Positions 9,276-19,824 of a stretch of DNA of 64,000 nucleotides are shown in pieces; within the stretch, counting starts at the first letter, position 1, and each line of letters opens with the position of its first letter. Made by a program: the position numbers and the translations under genes. The notes beneath the pieces were generated by a model that saw only the letters and a program-made list of their open reading frames with translations, did no database searches and was not told where the DNA came from. Location of the stretch: NCBI GenBank assembly GCA_903893805.1, contig CAITNM010000046.1, positions 70,437 to 134,436 on the forward strand, given 5' to 3'. Source of the DNA: an uncultured Alphaproteobacteria bacterium. Its GTDB lineage: Bacteria > Pseudomonadota > Alphaproteobacteria > Paracaedibacterales > CAITNM01.

Positions 9276-10556
9276 ATGCGTTTAAGTCAGTATTTTTTGC
9301 CTACCCTGAAGGAAAATCCAGCAGAGGCACACATATCATCGCACCGCTTAATGTTGCGTGCGGGTTTTATTAATCAAACAACATCAGGAATATACACTTG
9401 GCTTCCTATGGGCGAACGAGTGCTTAAACGTATTGATCAAATTGTTGCCGAAGAACAAGATCGTATTGGTTGCCATCGTATTACCATGCCGACCATTCAG
9501 CCAGCCCATTTGTGGCAAGAAAGTGGCCGTTATGAAGACTACGGCAAAGAAATGTTACGTATTAAAGACAGACACGACCGTGAGATGCTTTATGGACCTA
9601 CTCATGAAGAAGTGGTAACCGATTTAGTGCGCCAATATGTAAATAGTTATCGTCAGTTGCCTTTGTGTTTGTATCAAATTCATTGGAAATTCCGCGATGA
9701 AATTCGCCCACGCTTTGGCGTAATGCGCGGACGTGAATTCTACATGAAAGACGCCTATTCATTTGATATTGATATGGAAAGCGCACGCACAGCTTATGAA
9801 AAAATGTACAACGCATACCTTCGTACATTTGCACGAATGGGACTTAAAGCAGTGCCAATGCGCGCTGATAGCGGCGCTATTGGTGGTGACCTTAGTCATG
9901 AATTTCATGTTGTAGCTGATACGGGCGAAAGTGCTATTTATTATGACAAATCTTTTGAAAGCCTTACTGAAGCTGACTATTCCATGGAAAAACTTGGAAA
10001 GCTTTATGCAGTAAGTGATGAAAAACATGACCCTGCCACCTGCCCCATTTCCCCTGATCAGTTAGTTTCACGTAGAGGTATTGAGGTTGGTCATATTTTC
10101 TACTTTGGTACAAAATATTCAAAATCAATGAATCTAAAGGTAGCAGGTCCTGACGGAAAACCAATTTACCCTGAAATGGGATCATATGGCATTGGTGTAT
10201 CAAGGCTTGTAGCGGCTATTATTGAATCTAGTCACGATGAACATGGTATTATTTGGCCAGAAGAAGTGGCACCTTTCCGGATTGGGCTTATTGATGCTAA
10301 AAATGATGCCCAAACACAAGCTATCAGCGAGCAACTTCACGAACGCTTAACGAACGCTGGCATTAGCGTTTTGTACGATGACAGAAGTGAACGCGCAGGC
10401 GTTAAATTTTCTGACATGGATTTGATAGGTTTGCCATGGCACGTTATTATTGGCGGCAAAACACTAACAGCTGGAACTGTTGAAGTGAAGAATCGCCGCA
10501 CCGGTGCACGAGAAGATTTAACAATTGATGCATTAATGAATAAGTTTTTGAGGTAA
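9276..10556 (+). CDS. proS: prolyl-tRNA synthetase (short alphaproteobacterial type, no INS editing domain)
   Basis: N-terminal [28 protein letters not shown], class II motif [18 protein letters not shown]-terminal anticodon-binding region. 426 aa. Confidence 0.92.
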   Translation: MRLSQYFLPTLKENPAEAHISSHRLMLRAGFINQTTSGIYTWLPMGERVLKRIDQIVAEEQDRIGCHRITMPTIQPAHLWQESGRYEDYGKEMLRIKDRHDREMLYGPTHEEVVTDLVRQYVNSYRQLPLCLYQIHWKFRDEIRPRFGVMRGREFYMKDAYSFDIDMESARTAYEKMYNAYLRTFARMGLKAVPMRADSGAIGGDLSHEFHVVADTGESAIYYDKSFESLTEADYSMEKLGKLYAVSDEKHDPATCPISPDQLVSRRGIEVGHIFYFGTKYSKSMNLKVAGPDGKPIYPEMGSYGIGVSRLVAAIIESSHDEHGIIWPEEVAPFRIGLIDAKNDAQTQAISEQLHERLTNAGISVLYDDRSERAGVKFSDMDLIGLPWHVIIGGKTLTAGTVEVKNRRTGAREDLTIDALMNKFLR

Positions 10557-10661
10557 CGGCCCAAGGACTCTGACCTCCCTTTTTTCTTGTGCTATCCATA
10601 GCGTTACTTGATTTTTTATGCTAGATTGACCGCATACAAGAGTAGATAACTTGAGGAAGCC

Positions 10662-12506
10662 TTGCAGAATAATTTTAAGAATTTTGGCGTTTTTGCAATA
10701 ATATTTGCGGCTATTTTCATTTTTGCGCAAATGTTTAACGGCAGTCAGTCGTCGCATCACTCTGCCCAAATTCCTTTTTCTGAATTTTTGAATTCTCTCA
10801 AGGCTGATAAAATCAGCGATGTAACTATTAATGGCAACGACATACAAATAAAAGCAAAAGATGGCAATATTTATACCACCTATGCCCCAGACAAAACGTC
10901 ATTAGTGCCAATTCTTGCCGATAAAAATGTAACATTTAAAGCAGTGCCTCCAGAAGAAGCTCACTGGTTATTGCAGTTAATTGTGTCCTGGTTACCGTTC
11001 TTGTTATTCATTGGGTTAATGGTATTTTCATTAAAGCAAATGCAATCAGGCGGTAATAAAGCTATGGGTTTTGGCCGCTCAAAGGCAAAACTGATGAATG
11101 AACAACAAAGCAAAATCACCTTTGCAGATGTTGCTGGTATTGATGAGGCAAAAGCTGAACTGGAAGAAATCGTTGATTATTTAAAAGAACCTCAAAAATT
11201 TCAAAAACTAGGGGGGAAACTTCCAAAAGGTGTTTTGTTAGTGGGGCCTCCTGGTACTGGTAAAACTCTTTTAGCAAAAGCCATTGCTGGTGAAGCTGGT
11301 GTGCCATTTTTTTCCATATCAGGTTCTGACTTCGTGGAAATGTTCGTGGGCGTGGGCGCAAGCCGCGTTCGTGATATGTTTGAACAAGCCAAGAAAAATT
11401 CCCCATGTATTGTTTTCATTGATGAAATTGATGCAGTGGGACGTCACCGCGGTGCTGGACTTGGTGGCGGAAATGACGAACGCGAACAAACTCTAAACCA
11501 ATTACTTGTTGAAATGGATGGATTTGAAGAAAATCAAAGTGTCATTATTGTAGCAGCTACTAACCGTCCTGACATATTAGACCCTGCTCTTTTACGACCA
11601 GGTCGTTTCGACCGCCGGGTAGATGCATCAAACCCAGACCTTAAGGGTAGAGAGCAAATTTTATTGGTGCATATTAAAAAAGTACCTCTAGCAAGTGATG
11701 TCGACATAAAAGTTATTGCCCGTGGCACGCCTGGCTTTTCAGGTGCTGACTTAGCTAACCTAGTAAATGAATCAGCTCTTCTGGCTGCGCGTCATAATAA
11801 ACTTGCTGTCGGCATGAATGAATTCGAGCAAGCAAAAGACAAAATTCTAATGGGTACTGAGCGTAAATCGTTAGCAATGAGTAAGGATGAAGTAAAAACA
11901 ACAGCTTATCATGAAGCTGGTCACGCTCTTATTTCTCACTTTTCAGATGTAGCTGACCCTATTCACAAAGCAACGATTATCCCCCGCGGGCGTTCTCTAG
12001 GTTTAGTTATGAGCTTGCCCGAGCGCGATAGCGTGTCGCAATCAAAGGAAAAACTAATAAGTCATTTAAAAATGAGTATGGGCGGACGTATTGCCGAAGA
12101 ACTCATTTTTGGCCAAGACAAAGTAACAACGGGTGCGTCATCTGACATTCAGGCCGCAACAAGCATTGCAAGACGCATGATTGTAGAGTGGGGATTCAGT
12201 GATAAACTCGGGTTTCAAAATTTTTCTTCTTCTAATGATCGGGAATTCACCAAACCATATTCTGAAAAAACTGAAGAACTTATTGATTCTGAAGTCAAAA
12301 TATTGCTTGAGACTTGTTATAAAGAAAGCCAGACATTACTTAAAAAACATATTAAGAAATTACACTTGTTGGCTGAAGCGTTGCTTGAACATGAAACCCT
12401 AACAGGCGATGAAATTAAAACGTTACTAGAAGATGGCGTAATAGATTTACAAGCACGCACCAAAAAAGCGCGCATTCGATCAACGGTACCATCGGTAAAT
12501 GGCTAA
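10662..12506 (+). CDS. ftsH: ATP-dependent zinc metalloprotease FtsH
   Basis: Two N-terminal TM segments, Walker [12 protein letters not shown] region, zinc site HEAGHAL. TTG start as called by the track. Confidence 0.95.
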   Translation: MQNNFKNFGVFAIIFAAIFIFAQMFNGSQSSHHSAQIPFSEFLNSLKADKISDVTINGNDIQIKAKDGNIYTTYAPDKTSLVPILADKNVTFKAVPPEEAHWLLQLIVSWLPFLLFIGLMVFSLKQMQSGGNKAMGFGRSKAKLMNEQQSKITFADVAGIDEAKAELEEIVDYLKEPQKFQKLGGKLPKGVLLVGPPGTGKTLLAKAIAGEAGVPFFSISGSDFVEMFVGVGASRVRDMFEQAKKNSPCIVFIDEIDAVGRHRGAGLGGGNDEREQTLNQLLVEMDGFEENQSVIIVAATNRPDILDPALLRPGRFDRRVDASNPDLKGREQILLVHIKKVPLASDVDIKVIARGTPGFSGADLANLVNESALLAARHNKLAVGMNEFEQAKDKILMGTERKSLAMSKDEVKTTAYHEAGHALISHFSDVADPIHKATIIPRGRSLGLVMSLPERDSVSQSKEKLISHLKMSMGGRIAEELIFGQDKVTTGASSDIQAATSIARRMIVEWGFSDKLGFQNFSSSNDREFTKPYSEKTEELIDSEVKILLETCYKESQTLLKKHIKKLHLLAEALLEHETLTGDEIKTLLEDGVIDLQARTKKARIRSTVPSVNG

Positions 12507-14217
12507 CCATGAACTTTCCCCTTTTCTTGATGAGATCCGAAATCGCATAAAGCTGTCGGATCTTATCGGACGTACAACAAAGATTTTTAAAAAAGGCCGA
12601 ACCGTCAAAGCATTGTGCCCTTTTCACAATGAAAAAACTCCATCCTTTAGCATTGACGATGATCGCGGGCTTTATCATTGCTTTGGCTGTGGCGTTAGCG
12701 GTGATCATTTTAATTTTATTCAAGAAAGCCAAAACTTAAATTTCATTGAGAGCATTCAACTTTTAGCTGATCAACTTGGTATTAAGTTACCCGAAAAAGC
12801 GCATATCCAGGCAGTCCCTAAAAACGATGACTTATTGGGTGTCCTTGAAGCTGCTTGTGTGTGGTACCAGGAGCAACTGCAGCGTAACTTAGGAGAAAGC
12901 GCGCGAACCTATTTAAACAATCGGCAAGTAACCCAAGCAAGTATTGAATTGTTTCGCCTTGGCTATGCCCCCAACCAAGGATTGCTTTCTCACCTAAAAA
13001 GTAAGGGGTTTGGTTTAGAGAGAATCAACGCCGCAGGGCTTTCCTTAAAAGCGGATGATGGTCATTCTTATGACCGATTTCGTAATCGGTTGATTTTTCC
13101 AATTATAAATACAAGAAACCAGGTTATCGCTTTTGGTGGCCGTATTCTTGATAAAGGTGAGCCAAAGTACCTTAATTCGCCAGAAACCCCTGTCTTTCAA
13201 AAGCGCTATGTATTATATGGATTACCCCAGGCAAGAAAACACTTGCGCGGTAAAGCCATAGTAGTTGAGGGGTATATGGATGTCATTCGTCTACATCAAG
13301 AAGGCTTACCGTATGCTGTAGCACCGCTTGGTACGGCCCTTGGAGTGGAACATCTGCAGCAATTATGGCGCCACACCCCCTGCCCGATTATTGCATTTGA
13401 TGGTGATACTGCTGGTGAAAAAGCAGCCTTTAGTACAATCGACAAAATTCTGCCATTTTTAAATGCAACTCAGAGCCTTAAATTTTTATTTTTGCCAAAG
13501 GGAGAAGACCCAGATTCCTATGTTAAAAATTCAGGACGTGCAGCCTTTGAAAAATTATTCAATACAGTGCAGCCTATTTATGCGCTTCTCTGGCAAGACG
13601 TCACAAAGAATTTTTCTCTGAATCAGCTAACCCCTGAGGAATTTCTACAGATCAAAGGACTTTTAAAAGACTATTTAAAACGTCTTGAAAATACAGACCT
13701 GCGACAAGCATATCTTCGGCAATTTGACATTTTTCTTCACAGTATTGAACAGCAGAAATCTACTCCCTATAAAAAGAAGCAAGTAGCCCTACCTCAACAA
13801 ACCGGTATTACACTCGAAAAAATTTTACTGGTAACGCTAGTTAATCATCCCTATCTATGGGAAGAGGTAGGTGAGTTATTAATGGGAATAAATTTCAAAG
13901 ATCCTGAAATAGAAACCCATCGACAACACTTGATTGAATATTTTTCTGGAGGCTTCCATAATGAAGACATCCAAAAGGAATTACCGGCAGAACTAGTGCA
14001 TTTGCAGAATTTTGACGATGAGCGTTTCTATAGTCGTGTACCCTTTGCAAAAATCGGCTATGATCAAAAAATGACAAAAAGTGGATGGGTTGAAGCATAC
14101 AATAAGTTGCACGACCAGCAATTTTTGAAAAATGACCAACAGCAAAGCGCTGAGCACTTAAAGAATGATTTTAATATATTAAATTGGCAACGCTTAAAAG
14201 CGATTAAAGAAAAATAG
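12499..14217 (+). CDS. dnaG: DNA primase
   Basis: CHC2 zinc finger [17 protein letters not shown], Toprim VVEGYMDV and [10 protein letters not shown]. Overlaps the ftsH stop by 8 nt. Confidence 0.92.
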   Translation: MANHELSPFLDEIRNRIKLSDLIGRTTKIFKKGRTVKALCPFHNEKTPSFSIDDDRGLYHCFGCGVSGDHFNFIQESQNLNFIESIQLLADQLGIKLPEKAHIQAVPKNDDLLGVLEAACVWYQEQLQRNLGESARTYLNNRQVTQASIELFRLGYAPNQGLLSHLKSKGFGLERINAAGLSLKADDGHSYDRFRNRLIFPIINTRNQVIAFGGRILDKGEPKYLNSPETPVFQKRYVLYGLPQARKHLRGKAIVVEGYMDVIRLHQEGLPYAVAPLGTALGVEHLQQLWRHTPCPIIAFDGDTAGEKAAFSTIDKILPFLNATQSLKFLFLPKGEDPDSYVKNSGRAAFEKLFNTVQPIYALLWQDVTKNFSLNQLTPEEFLQIKGLLKDYLKRLENTDLRQAYLRQFDIFLHSIEQQKSTPYKKKQVALPQQTGITLEKILLVTLVNHPYLWEEVGELLMGINFKDPEIETHRQHLIEYFSGGFHNEDIQKELPAELVHLQNFDDERFYSRVPFAKIGYDQKMTKSGWVEAYNKLHDQQFLKNDQQQSAEHLKNDFNILNWQRLKAIKEK

Positions 14218-14240
14218 ATAGACAAGAAGTTAGGGAAAAA

Positions 14241-16097
14241 ATGGCAAAAGCATTAAAAAAAGAGATCTCACCAGATATCGAACAAGATGGAGAAATTCCA
14301 CTTATCGAATTAGGAAAAACAAACCCTTCTCTTAGAAAATTGATCCATCGCGGAAAAGAACGTGGCTACATTACCTATGATGAGCTGAATGAAGCTCTAC
14401 CACAGGCGCAGCTTAGCTCTGAGCAAATTGATGAGGCTATGACTACCCTTGCTGACATGGGTATAAGCGTTGTTGATTCTGATGAAGTTGAAGAAGCCCC
14501 TCTTTCAGGTGAACTACAACACGATCTTTCAGCTTTTAAATTTGATGAACAAGCCGAAGAAGAAGAAGAAGATATTTCCGGTCGAACTGATGATCCGGTG
14601 CGTATGTACCTTCGTGAAATGGGTAACGTTGAGTTGCTATCTCGTGAAGGAGAAATCGCGATTGCACAGCGCATTGAAAGTGGAAAAATTACTCTAATTG
14701 GCAGTTTATGCGAAAGCCCTATTACCTATAACACAATCAATGGGTGGCAAGAAAAACTTGCAAATGCACAAATGCTAGTGCGTGATATCATCACGTTCGA
14801 TAGTAACGCTGCCTACGAAGATACTGTTGAAGATTTTGAAGAAGAAGTTGAAAACGAAGAGCCTGAAGTTAAGGTTCCAGAAATTGATGACGCTACCAGG
14901 ACGCGACTTTTAGAACAGTTAAAAAATTTTTTGATTTCTCAAAACCTTTATATTAAGGCTTTAGCAAAAAAAGAGAAATCAAAAGAACTAGCTGACATCC
15001 GCGAAAAACTTATATTAGCTTTTGAAGATATTCGCATGAATCCTGCGCGTGTTGAGGATTTACTTAATCTTCACGCTAATACAATTCGTCCTATTAATGT
15101 TTTAGAACGTGATATTATTGGGCTTGCTGAAACTTCTGGAGTTAAACGCGAAGAGTATTTGAAAGAATACAATGGCTCAACAATAAATTCCGAATGGATT
15201 TCCAAAATTTCCAAAAACACAAAAAAAGGATGGAAAGAGTTTTGCGAAAAGCACTTAGCAAAAATAGAAGACCTTATTGTGCTAATGGATGGAATTGAAA
15301 CAACTGTTAGCCTTCCATATGCACGTTTCAAAGAAATTGTAAGCTGCATTCAAAAAGGTGAACGCGAAACGACTCGTGCTAAAAAAGAAATGATCGAAGC
15401 AAACTTACGTTTGGTTATCTCTATTGCTAAAAAATACACTAACCGTGGTTTACAGTTCTTAGACCTAATTCAAGAAGGCAACATTGGCCTTATGAAAGCT
15501 GTTGATAAGTTCGAATACCGCAGAGGATACAAATTTTCAACTTATGCTACTTGGTGGATTCGTCAAGCGATCACTCGTTCTATTGCAGACCAAGCAAGAA
15601 CAATTCGTATTCCTGTGCACATGATTGAAACTATCAATAAGTTGGTTAGAACTTCTCGTCAGATGATGCATGAAATTGGTCGTGAGCCTACTCCTGAAGA
15701 GCTTGCAGCAAAACTAATGATGCCACTTGATAAAGTGCGTAAAGTTATGAAAATTGCTAAAGAGCCAATTTCCCTTGAAACACCAATCGGTGACGAGGAA
15801 GATTCACAGTTAGGTGACTTCATTGAAGATAAAAATGCAATGCAACCTATTGATTCTGCTATCAATGCGAATTTGAAGGAAACAACAACGCGTATTTTGG
15901 CTTCTCTAACGCCACGTGAAGAACGCGTTCTACGTATGCGTTTTGGAATTGGTATGAACAGCGACCACACTTTAGAAGAAGTTGGTCAACAGTTCGCCGT
16001 AACCCGTGAGCGTATTCGCCAAATTGAAGCAAAAGCATTGCGTAAGCTAAAGCATCCAAGCCGTTCACGTAAGCTACGTAGCTTTTTGGATACCTAA
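14241..16097 (+). CDS. rpoD: RNA polymerase sigma-70 factor RpoD
   Basis: Acidic region 1, region 2 [15 protein letters not shown], region 4 [26 protein letters not shown]. Confidence 0.95.
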   Translation: MAKALKKEISPDIEQDGEIPLIELGKTNPSLRKLIHRGKERGYITYDELNEALPQAQLSSEQIDEAMTTLADMGISVVDSDEVEEAPLSGELQHDLSAFKFDEQAEEEEEDISGRTDDPVRMYLREMGNVELLSREGEIAIAQRIESGKITLIGSLCESPITYNTINGWQEKLANAQMLVRDIITFDSNAAYEDTVEDFEEEVENEEPEVKVPEIDDATRTRLLEQLKNFLISQNLYIKALAKKEKSKELADIREKLILAFEDIRMNPARVEDLLNLHANTIRPINVLERDIIGLAETSGVKREEYLKEYNGSTINSEWISKISKNTKKGWKEFCEKHLAKIEDLIVLMDGIETTVSLPYARFKEIVSCIQKGERETTRAKKEMIEANLRLVISIAKKYTNRGLQFLDLIQEGNIGLMKAVDKFEYRRGYKFSTYATWWIRQAITRSIADQARTIRIPVHMIETINKLVRTSRQMMHEIGREPTPEELAAKLMMPLDKVRKVMKIAKEPISLETPIGDEEDSQLGDFIEDKNAMQPIDSAINANLKETTTRILASLTPREERVLRMRFGIGMNSDHTLEEVGQQFAVTRERIRQIEAKALRKLKHPSRSRKLRSFLDT

Positions 16098-16131
16098 AGG
16101 TAGGCAACCCTTAATTTGTATTGCTATGACT

Positions 16132-16156
16132 CCGCTAACTTGTTAGCGGGGTTTTT
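16132..16156 (+). terminator. putative intrinsic terminator downstream of rpoD
   Basis: CCGCTAAC/GTTAGCGG inverted repeat followed by GGTTTTT. Confidence 0.6.
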
Positions 16157-16222
16157 AAAAACGATGCATAGATAGTTCCTATTGAGTGGGTATTGTGCTG
16201 ACCAAAATAAAAAAGTTGTGAA

Positions 16223-16250
16223 ATAAAAAAAGAGGGGAAAAATCCCCTCT
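16223..16250 (-). terminator. putative intrinsic terminator downstream of rpsU
   Basis: AGAGGGGA-AAAA-TCCCCTCT hairpin. On the reverse strand it is followed by a T-run (plus-strand A-run 16223-16230). Confidence 0.6.
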
Positions 16251-16274
16251 TAAATTTTTTAGTAACGCAAGTGC

Positions 16275-16478
16275 TTAATAGCCATCACGGTCCATACGCT
16301 TTCGCATTAATTTGCGGTAGCGTCGCATAGCTTCGGACTGCTCGCGTACACGACGTTCTGAAGGTTTTTCAAAATGCCTACGCATCTTCATTTCACGATA
16401 CACGCCTTCGCGTTGCATCTTCTTCTTTAACGCCCGCAGCGCTTGTTCAATATTGTTATCGCGGACTTGGACTTCCAT
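16275..16478 (-). CDS. rpsU: 30S ribosomal protein S21
   Basis: 67-aa basic protein, [26 protein letters not shown]..., characteristic of S21. Confidence 0.9.
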   Translation of the reverse strand: MEVQVRDNNIEQALRALKKKMQREGVYREMKMRRHFEKPSERRVREQSEAMRRYRKLMRKRMDRDGY

Positions 16479-16543
16479 GATTTAATCACCTGCCTCTCAA
16501 GCTATAATTAATATCATGGTTTTAAAGGGATTTCAATACCCAT

Positions 16544-16574
16544 AAAAAAAGCTGTCCTTAATTAAAAGGACAGC
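16544..16574 (-). terminator. putative intrinsic terminator downstream of cspA
   Basis: GCTGTCCTT-AATTAA-AAGGACAGC hairpin, followed on the reverse strand by a 7-nt T-run. Confidence 0.65.
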
Positions 16575-16606
16575 CAAAGTCTTTAAGTAAACTATTGTGA
16601 AATAGC

Positions 16607-16810
16607 TTATAGAGGCTTTATGTTAACTGCAGATGTTTTGCCCTTGTTTGTAGCAAGTTCATAGCTAACTCTTTGACCTTCATTTAAAGTCGCAAGTCCT
16701 GCGCGTTCTAGTGCACTAATGTGAACAAACACATCGCTGCCACCATTTTCAGGTTGAATGAATCCAAAGCCTTTAGTTGCGTTAAACCATTTCACTGTAC
16801 CTGTTGCCAT
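16607..16810 (-). CDS. cspA: cold-shock domain protein
   Basis: [30 protein letters not shown] carries the RNP1 (KGFGFI) and RNP2 (VFVH) motifs. Confidence 0.92.
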   Translation of the reverse strand: MATGTVKWFNATKGFGFIQPENGGSDVFVHISALERAGLATLNEGQRVSYELATNKGKTSAVNIKPL

Positions 16811-17020
16811 TTTAGTCTCCTTAATTAGTTTCGTGTTTGGTCATTTTAACTATTAAAACAACCGTTAAGAGTTTATGTCCCTAACCTTTCAGTTAAGTCA
16901 CCCTTTGTCAACACTGTCTGGATGTATCTGGAGAATATTGTTTTATGTGTACACAAAATTATGTTCAATAGCATTATGGCAGACTTGAGTATCTTAAGAG
17001 TAGTAGTAAACATCTTCTTT

Positions 17021-17048
17021 ATTGTACATTAATTTAGGTGGTTGTCAA
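17021..17048 (-). promoter_or_regulatory. candidate sigma-70 promoter for cspA (implies a ~200-nt 5' UTR)
   Basis: The reverse strand reads TTGACA (17048-17043), a 16-nt spacer, then TACAAT (17026-17021). It sits in the 290-bp gap upstream of cspA. Confidence 0.35.
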
Positions 17049-17101
17049 CATTCTTGTAATTTAGTTTTTTTCATGGAATACGCACAGTTCAGAAAAGATT
17101 T

Positions 17102-18694
17102 TTATTTTGCAGTAGCGCCGATTATTTCCATTTCTAAAAACTCGGCTTTTCCGTTGATCTTTTTCCAGGGCATGTATTCATAATTAGTGTGTAATTCCGT
17201 ACCATGCACAAATTGCAGTGTAGGATCTTCATTGGGGTTAGTAATCTCCGCCCCGAAAAGCTTGGCTATCTGCTTACCTAAATCATAATGACTACAAATT
17301 TTTTGACTTTTTAAATAGTGATTTAGGCTTTGGTCAGCATTGATTGCATAAGCCCACACTGGGACATCAACAACTTCTGAACGCATTAGATTATGCCCAA
17401 ATAGACCATCTTCCCCAATTAATTGGCCATGATCGCTTGTAAAAATAACAAGAGTATCGCTGGGGAGAATTTTTTTAATGCATGCAAGACATTGTTTTAC
17501 CCAATGATCATGATATGAAATAGCATGAGAATATTCGTTTTTGGTTTGAAGTTCTCTCGAATTTATAGGTTTCTTTGTTTCCAAAACTGGAAAGTATTTT
17601 TCCCAATTGCTGTAAGGTTCGTGTATGTGTCGCAAGTGAATCACAATAAAATTTTTATCACCAAATTTTTGCTCAGTTAAAACATCAAATAAGGCTTCGT
17701 CGCCCTTTTCTTTTAAAAATTTTAGGATATCTTTTTTGAAGCTATAAACATCAATAAATTGTGTGCCAACCTCATGACACAACCCATCTCCTTGCGCGGA
17801 AATTAAAAATGTTTTGTAGCCCTGGTGGCGAGCCAAACGAAATAAATTTGCTGTTTTGCTGCTTATTAATTCAATAAATCCTGGATTGTGGCCATTATTA
17901 AAAAACAATTGCAAACATGATAACGTAGCAACACTGCTAGAAACTCCTTTAGCATATGCAAAATTGGGGTCACTCTTTAGTTTTTCTAGAAATGGGGTGT
18001 TGGGCTTGCCATAACCATAAAGTTGCATATACCGGCTGCTCAAGCTTTCTCCCATAATGAAAACAACGTTTTTAACTTTGGGCTGCCTGTAGGTAATAAC
18101 GTAGGGTTTGTAATGGAAATCATGCAATTTAACTTGCTTGTTAACCAGCCAATCTGAAAAAGCTCTTAGAGTGTTATGGAGAGTACTTGAAATGGGTTTA
18201 GTGTGAAACAGCTGATGTCCCTTTAGATATGACAACATTGGGTTAACCGCTAATGCCACTAAAATTAGCACCCACATAAAAGGCGTGTGTTTGCATTTCT
18301 TTGTGTGCAGCACAGCAGCAATAAAAAATGCTAAAGATAAAACTTGTGCCAACCATACAGGCCACAAGCTACTAAGCATTGACGCACCCGTTTCAAGAAT
18401 CTCATCAAATTCAACAAATGCTTTGCTAATGTCTTGGCTATTAATAGGCGCACCAAAATACGCCCAGTGGTTAAGCTGCACAGCTTGAGTAATGGTAACA
18501 AGCGCCACAATTGCAAAAAGAAATCTACGATTTCTCACCGTGCTTAATACAAACGATACCGCCAGTACGCTTATGAGTGTTGTAAAAGGAATCGTGCAAC
18601 TAAGCATTTTCGTGACACAGCCCAAATACCAATCAGGCAATAAAAACCCAAAGAAAAAGAAGGCAGTACAAATAAAATTTTGCCTTGAAATCAT
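17102..18694 (-). CDS. phosphoethanolamine transferase (EptA/sulfatase superfamily)
   Basis: Multi-TM N-terminal half, then a sulfatase-type domain with VVFIMGESL and FTSDHGQ motifs. The track starts at TTG 18757; ATG 18694 is preferred, but the start is uncertain. Confidence 0.75.
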   Translation of the reverse strand: MISRQNFICTAFFFFGFLLPDWYLGCVTKMLSCTIPFTTLISVLAVSFVLSTVRNRRFLFAIVALVTITQAVQLNHWAYFGAPINSQDISKAFVEFDEILETGASMLSSLWPVWLAQVLSLAFFIAAVLHTKKCKHTPFMWVLILVALAVNPMLSYLKGHQLFHTKPISSTLHNTLRAFSDWLVNKQVKLHDFHYKPYVITYRQPKVKNVVFIMGESLSSRYMQLYGYGKPNTPFLEKLKSDPNFAYAKGVSSSVATLSCLQLFFNNGHNPGFIELISSKTANLFRLARHQGYKTFLISAQGDGLCHEVGTQFIDVYSFKKDILKFLKEKGDEALFDVLTEQKFGDKNFIVIHLRHIHEPYSNWEKYFPVLETKKPINSRELQTKNEYSHAISYHDHWVKQCLACIKKILPSDTLVIFTSDHGQLIGEDGLFGHNLMRSEVVDVPVWAYAINADQSLNHYLKSQKICSHYDLGKQIAKLFGAEITNPNEDPTLQFVHGTELHTNYEYMPWKKINGKAEFLEMEIIGATAK

Positions 18695-18842
18695 ATGCAG
18701 TTTATTTCCCAAAATTAAAGTTTTCCTGATGAATATTTCTTCTGGCAGAGATGTCAAGTAATGTCAATATTTCAAGAAAAGCACATATTGAACCGCCTTA
18801 AAAAGTCTTCTACTGTCTAGATGAGTTAGAGAGATTTGTGTT

Positions 18843-19820
18843 ATGTGGTTTTTATTCCTTTTTGTTTTTCTATTTTTAGCTGGGTGCGACAAAACACCTG
18901 AAGAAAAAGGAAAATTAGCCCAAGCAATTTATGTGCAACCACAAAAATATGTTGAAAAATCTGTTTTTTACGGAACTGTTCAAGCGCGTCAAAGCAGTCC
19001 CTTGGTTGTACAATCCGATGGTGTGTTAGATTGGCTAACAAAATCAGGAGATGCGGTTTTAACATCTCAAACAATTGCTAAAATTGATAATCCAGAAATT
19101 GAAAAAGCACATGAGCTTGCAACCAATGCAGAAGCCATTGCAAAGCAGCAATATAATCGAAGCGTATCACTCACCAAAAGCAAGACAGCCTCCCATCAGC
19201 AAATGCAAGAACGTGAGCAGGCGTGGATAACCGCCCAGCAAAATCTTGCAAAAGCAGAAACAGATCGAAAAAAGGCGCAATTCATTGCTCAGTTTGATGG
19301 CATTATAGGGCCACACCTTATTCATGAAGGCACCCATGTTAAAACGGGCGATGTTATCGGTCACTTTTTTAACCCCTCTGACAGTGTTGTTGAGGTTCAG
19401 ATCCCCGTTTCTTTCAAAGACGTTTTAAAAGCAAACCAAATAGCTATCATTGAAGGTGAAAGATACACCCTGCCCCATGTACCAAAAATGCTAAATCCAG
19501 TCACGCACATGATGGTTGTCCACATTCCCATTCAACATTCAGCCTTGCTAATTGGTGAGGTGGTTGATGTGGAAATACACTTAAAAGAATGGGATCAAGT
19601 AATTGTGCTGCCTCTTGGCTCTATTAAATTTGATGATGAAGGGGCTTCAGTTTTAGTCTCAAATAAAGGAAAACTTGAAAAACGTGAGGTAACACTGGGC
19701 ATCAAAGATGCAAAACAAGCAGTTATTCTAAGGGGTATCCAAGCTGATGAAACTATTTGTTTAGATCCTTACCACCACTTCGAAGGGGAAAGCATTACAC
19801 CTCAGTACCCTGAGTTGTAA
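18843..19820 (+). CDS. RND efflux periplasmic adaptor (membrane fusion protein), lipoprotein
   Basis: Lipobox FLAGC after a hydrophobic leader, coiled-coil hairpin region, beta-barrel C-terminus. It sits directly upstream of the RND permease. Confidence 0.8.
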   Translation: MWFLFLFVFLFLAGCDKTPEEKGKLAQAIYVQPQKYVEKSVFYGTVQARQSSPLVVQSDGVLDWLTKSGDAVLTSQTIAKIDNPEIEKAHELATNAEAIAKQQYNRSVSLTKSKTASHQQMQEREQAWITAQQNLAKAETDRKKAQFIAQFDGIIGPHLIHEGTHVKTGDVIGHFFNPSDSVVEVQIPVSFKDVLKANQIAIIEGERYTLPHVPKMLNPVTHMMVVHIPIQHSALLIGEVVDVEIHLKEWDQVIVLPLGSIKFDDEGASVLVSNKGKLEKREVTLGIKDAKQAVILRGIQADETICLDPYHHFEGESITPQYPEL

Positions 19821-19824
19821 GATA

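Noticed and set aside
10557-10661. A possible terminator after proS (GAGGT...ACCTC followed by CCTTTTTTC) and a promoter for ftsH.
   Set aside because: The stem is only 5 bp with an ~18-nt loop, and I could not find convincing -35/-10 spacing. Left unannotated.
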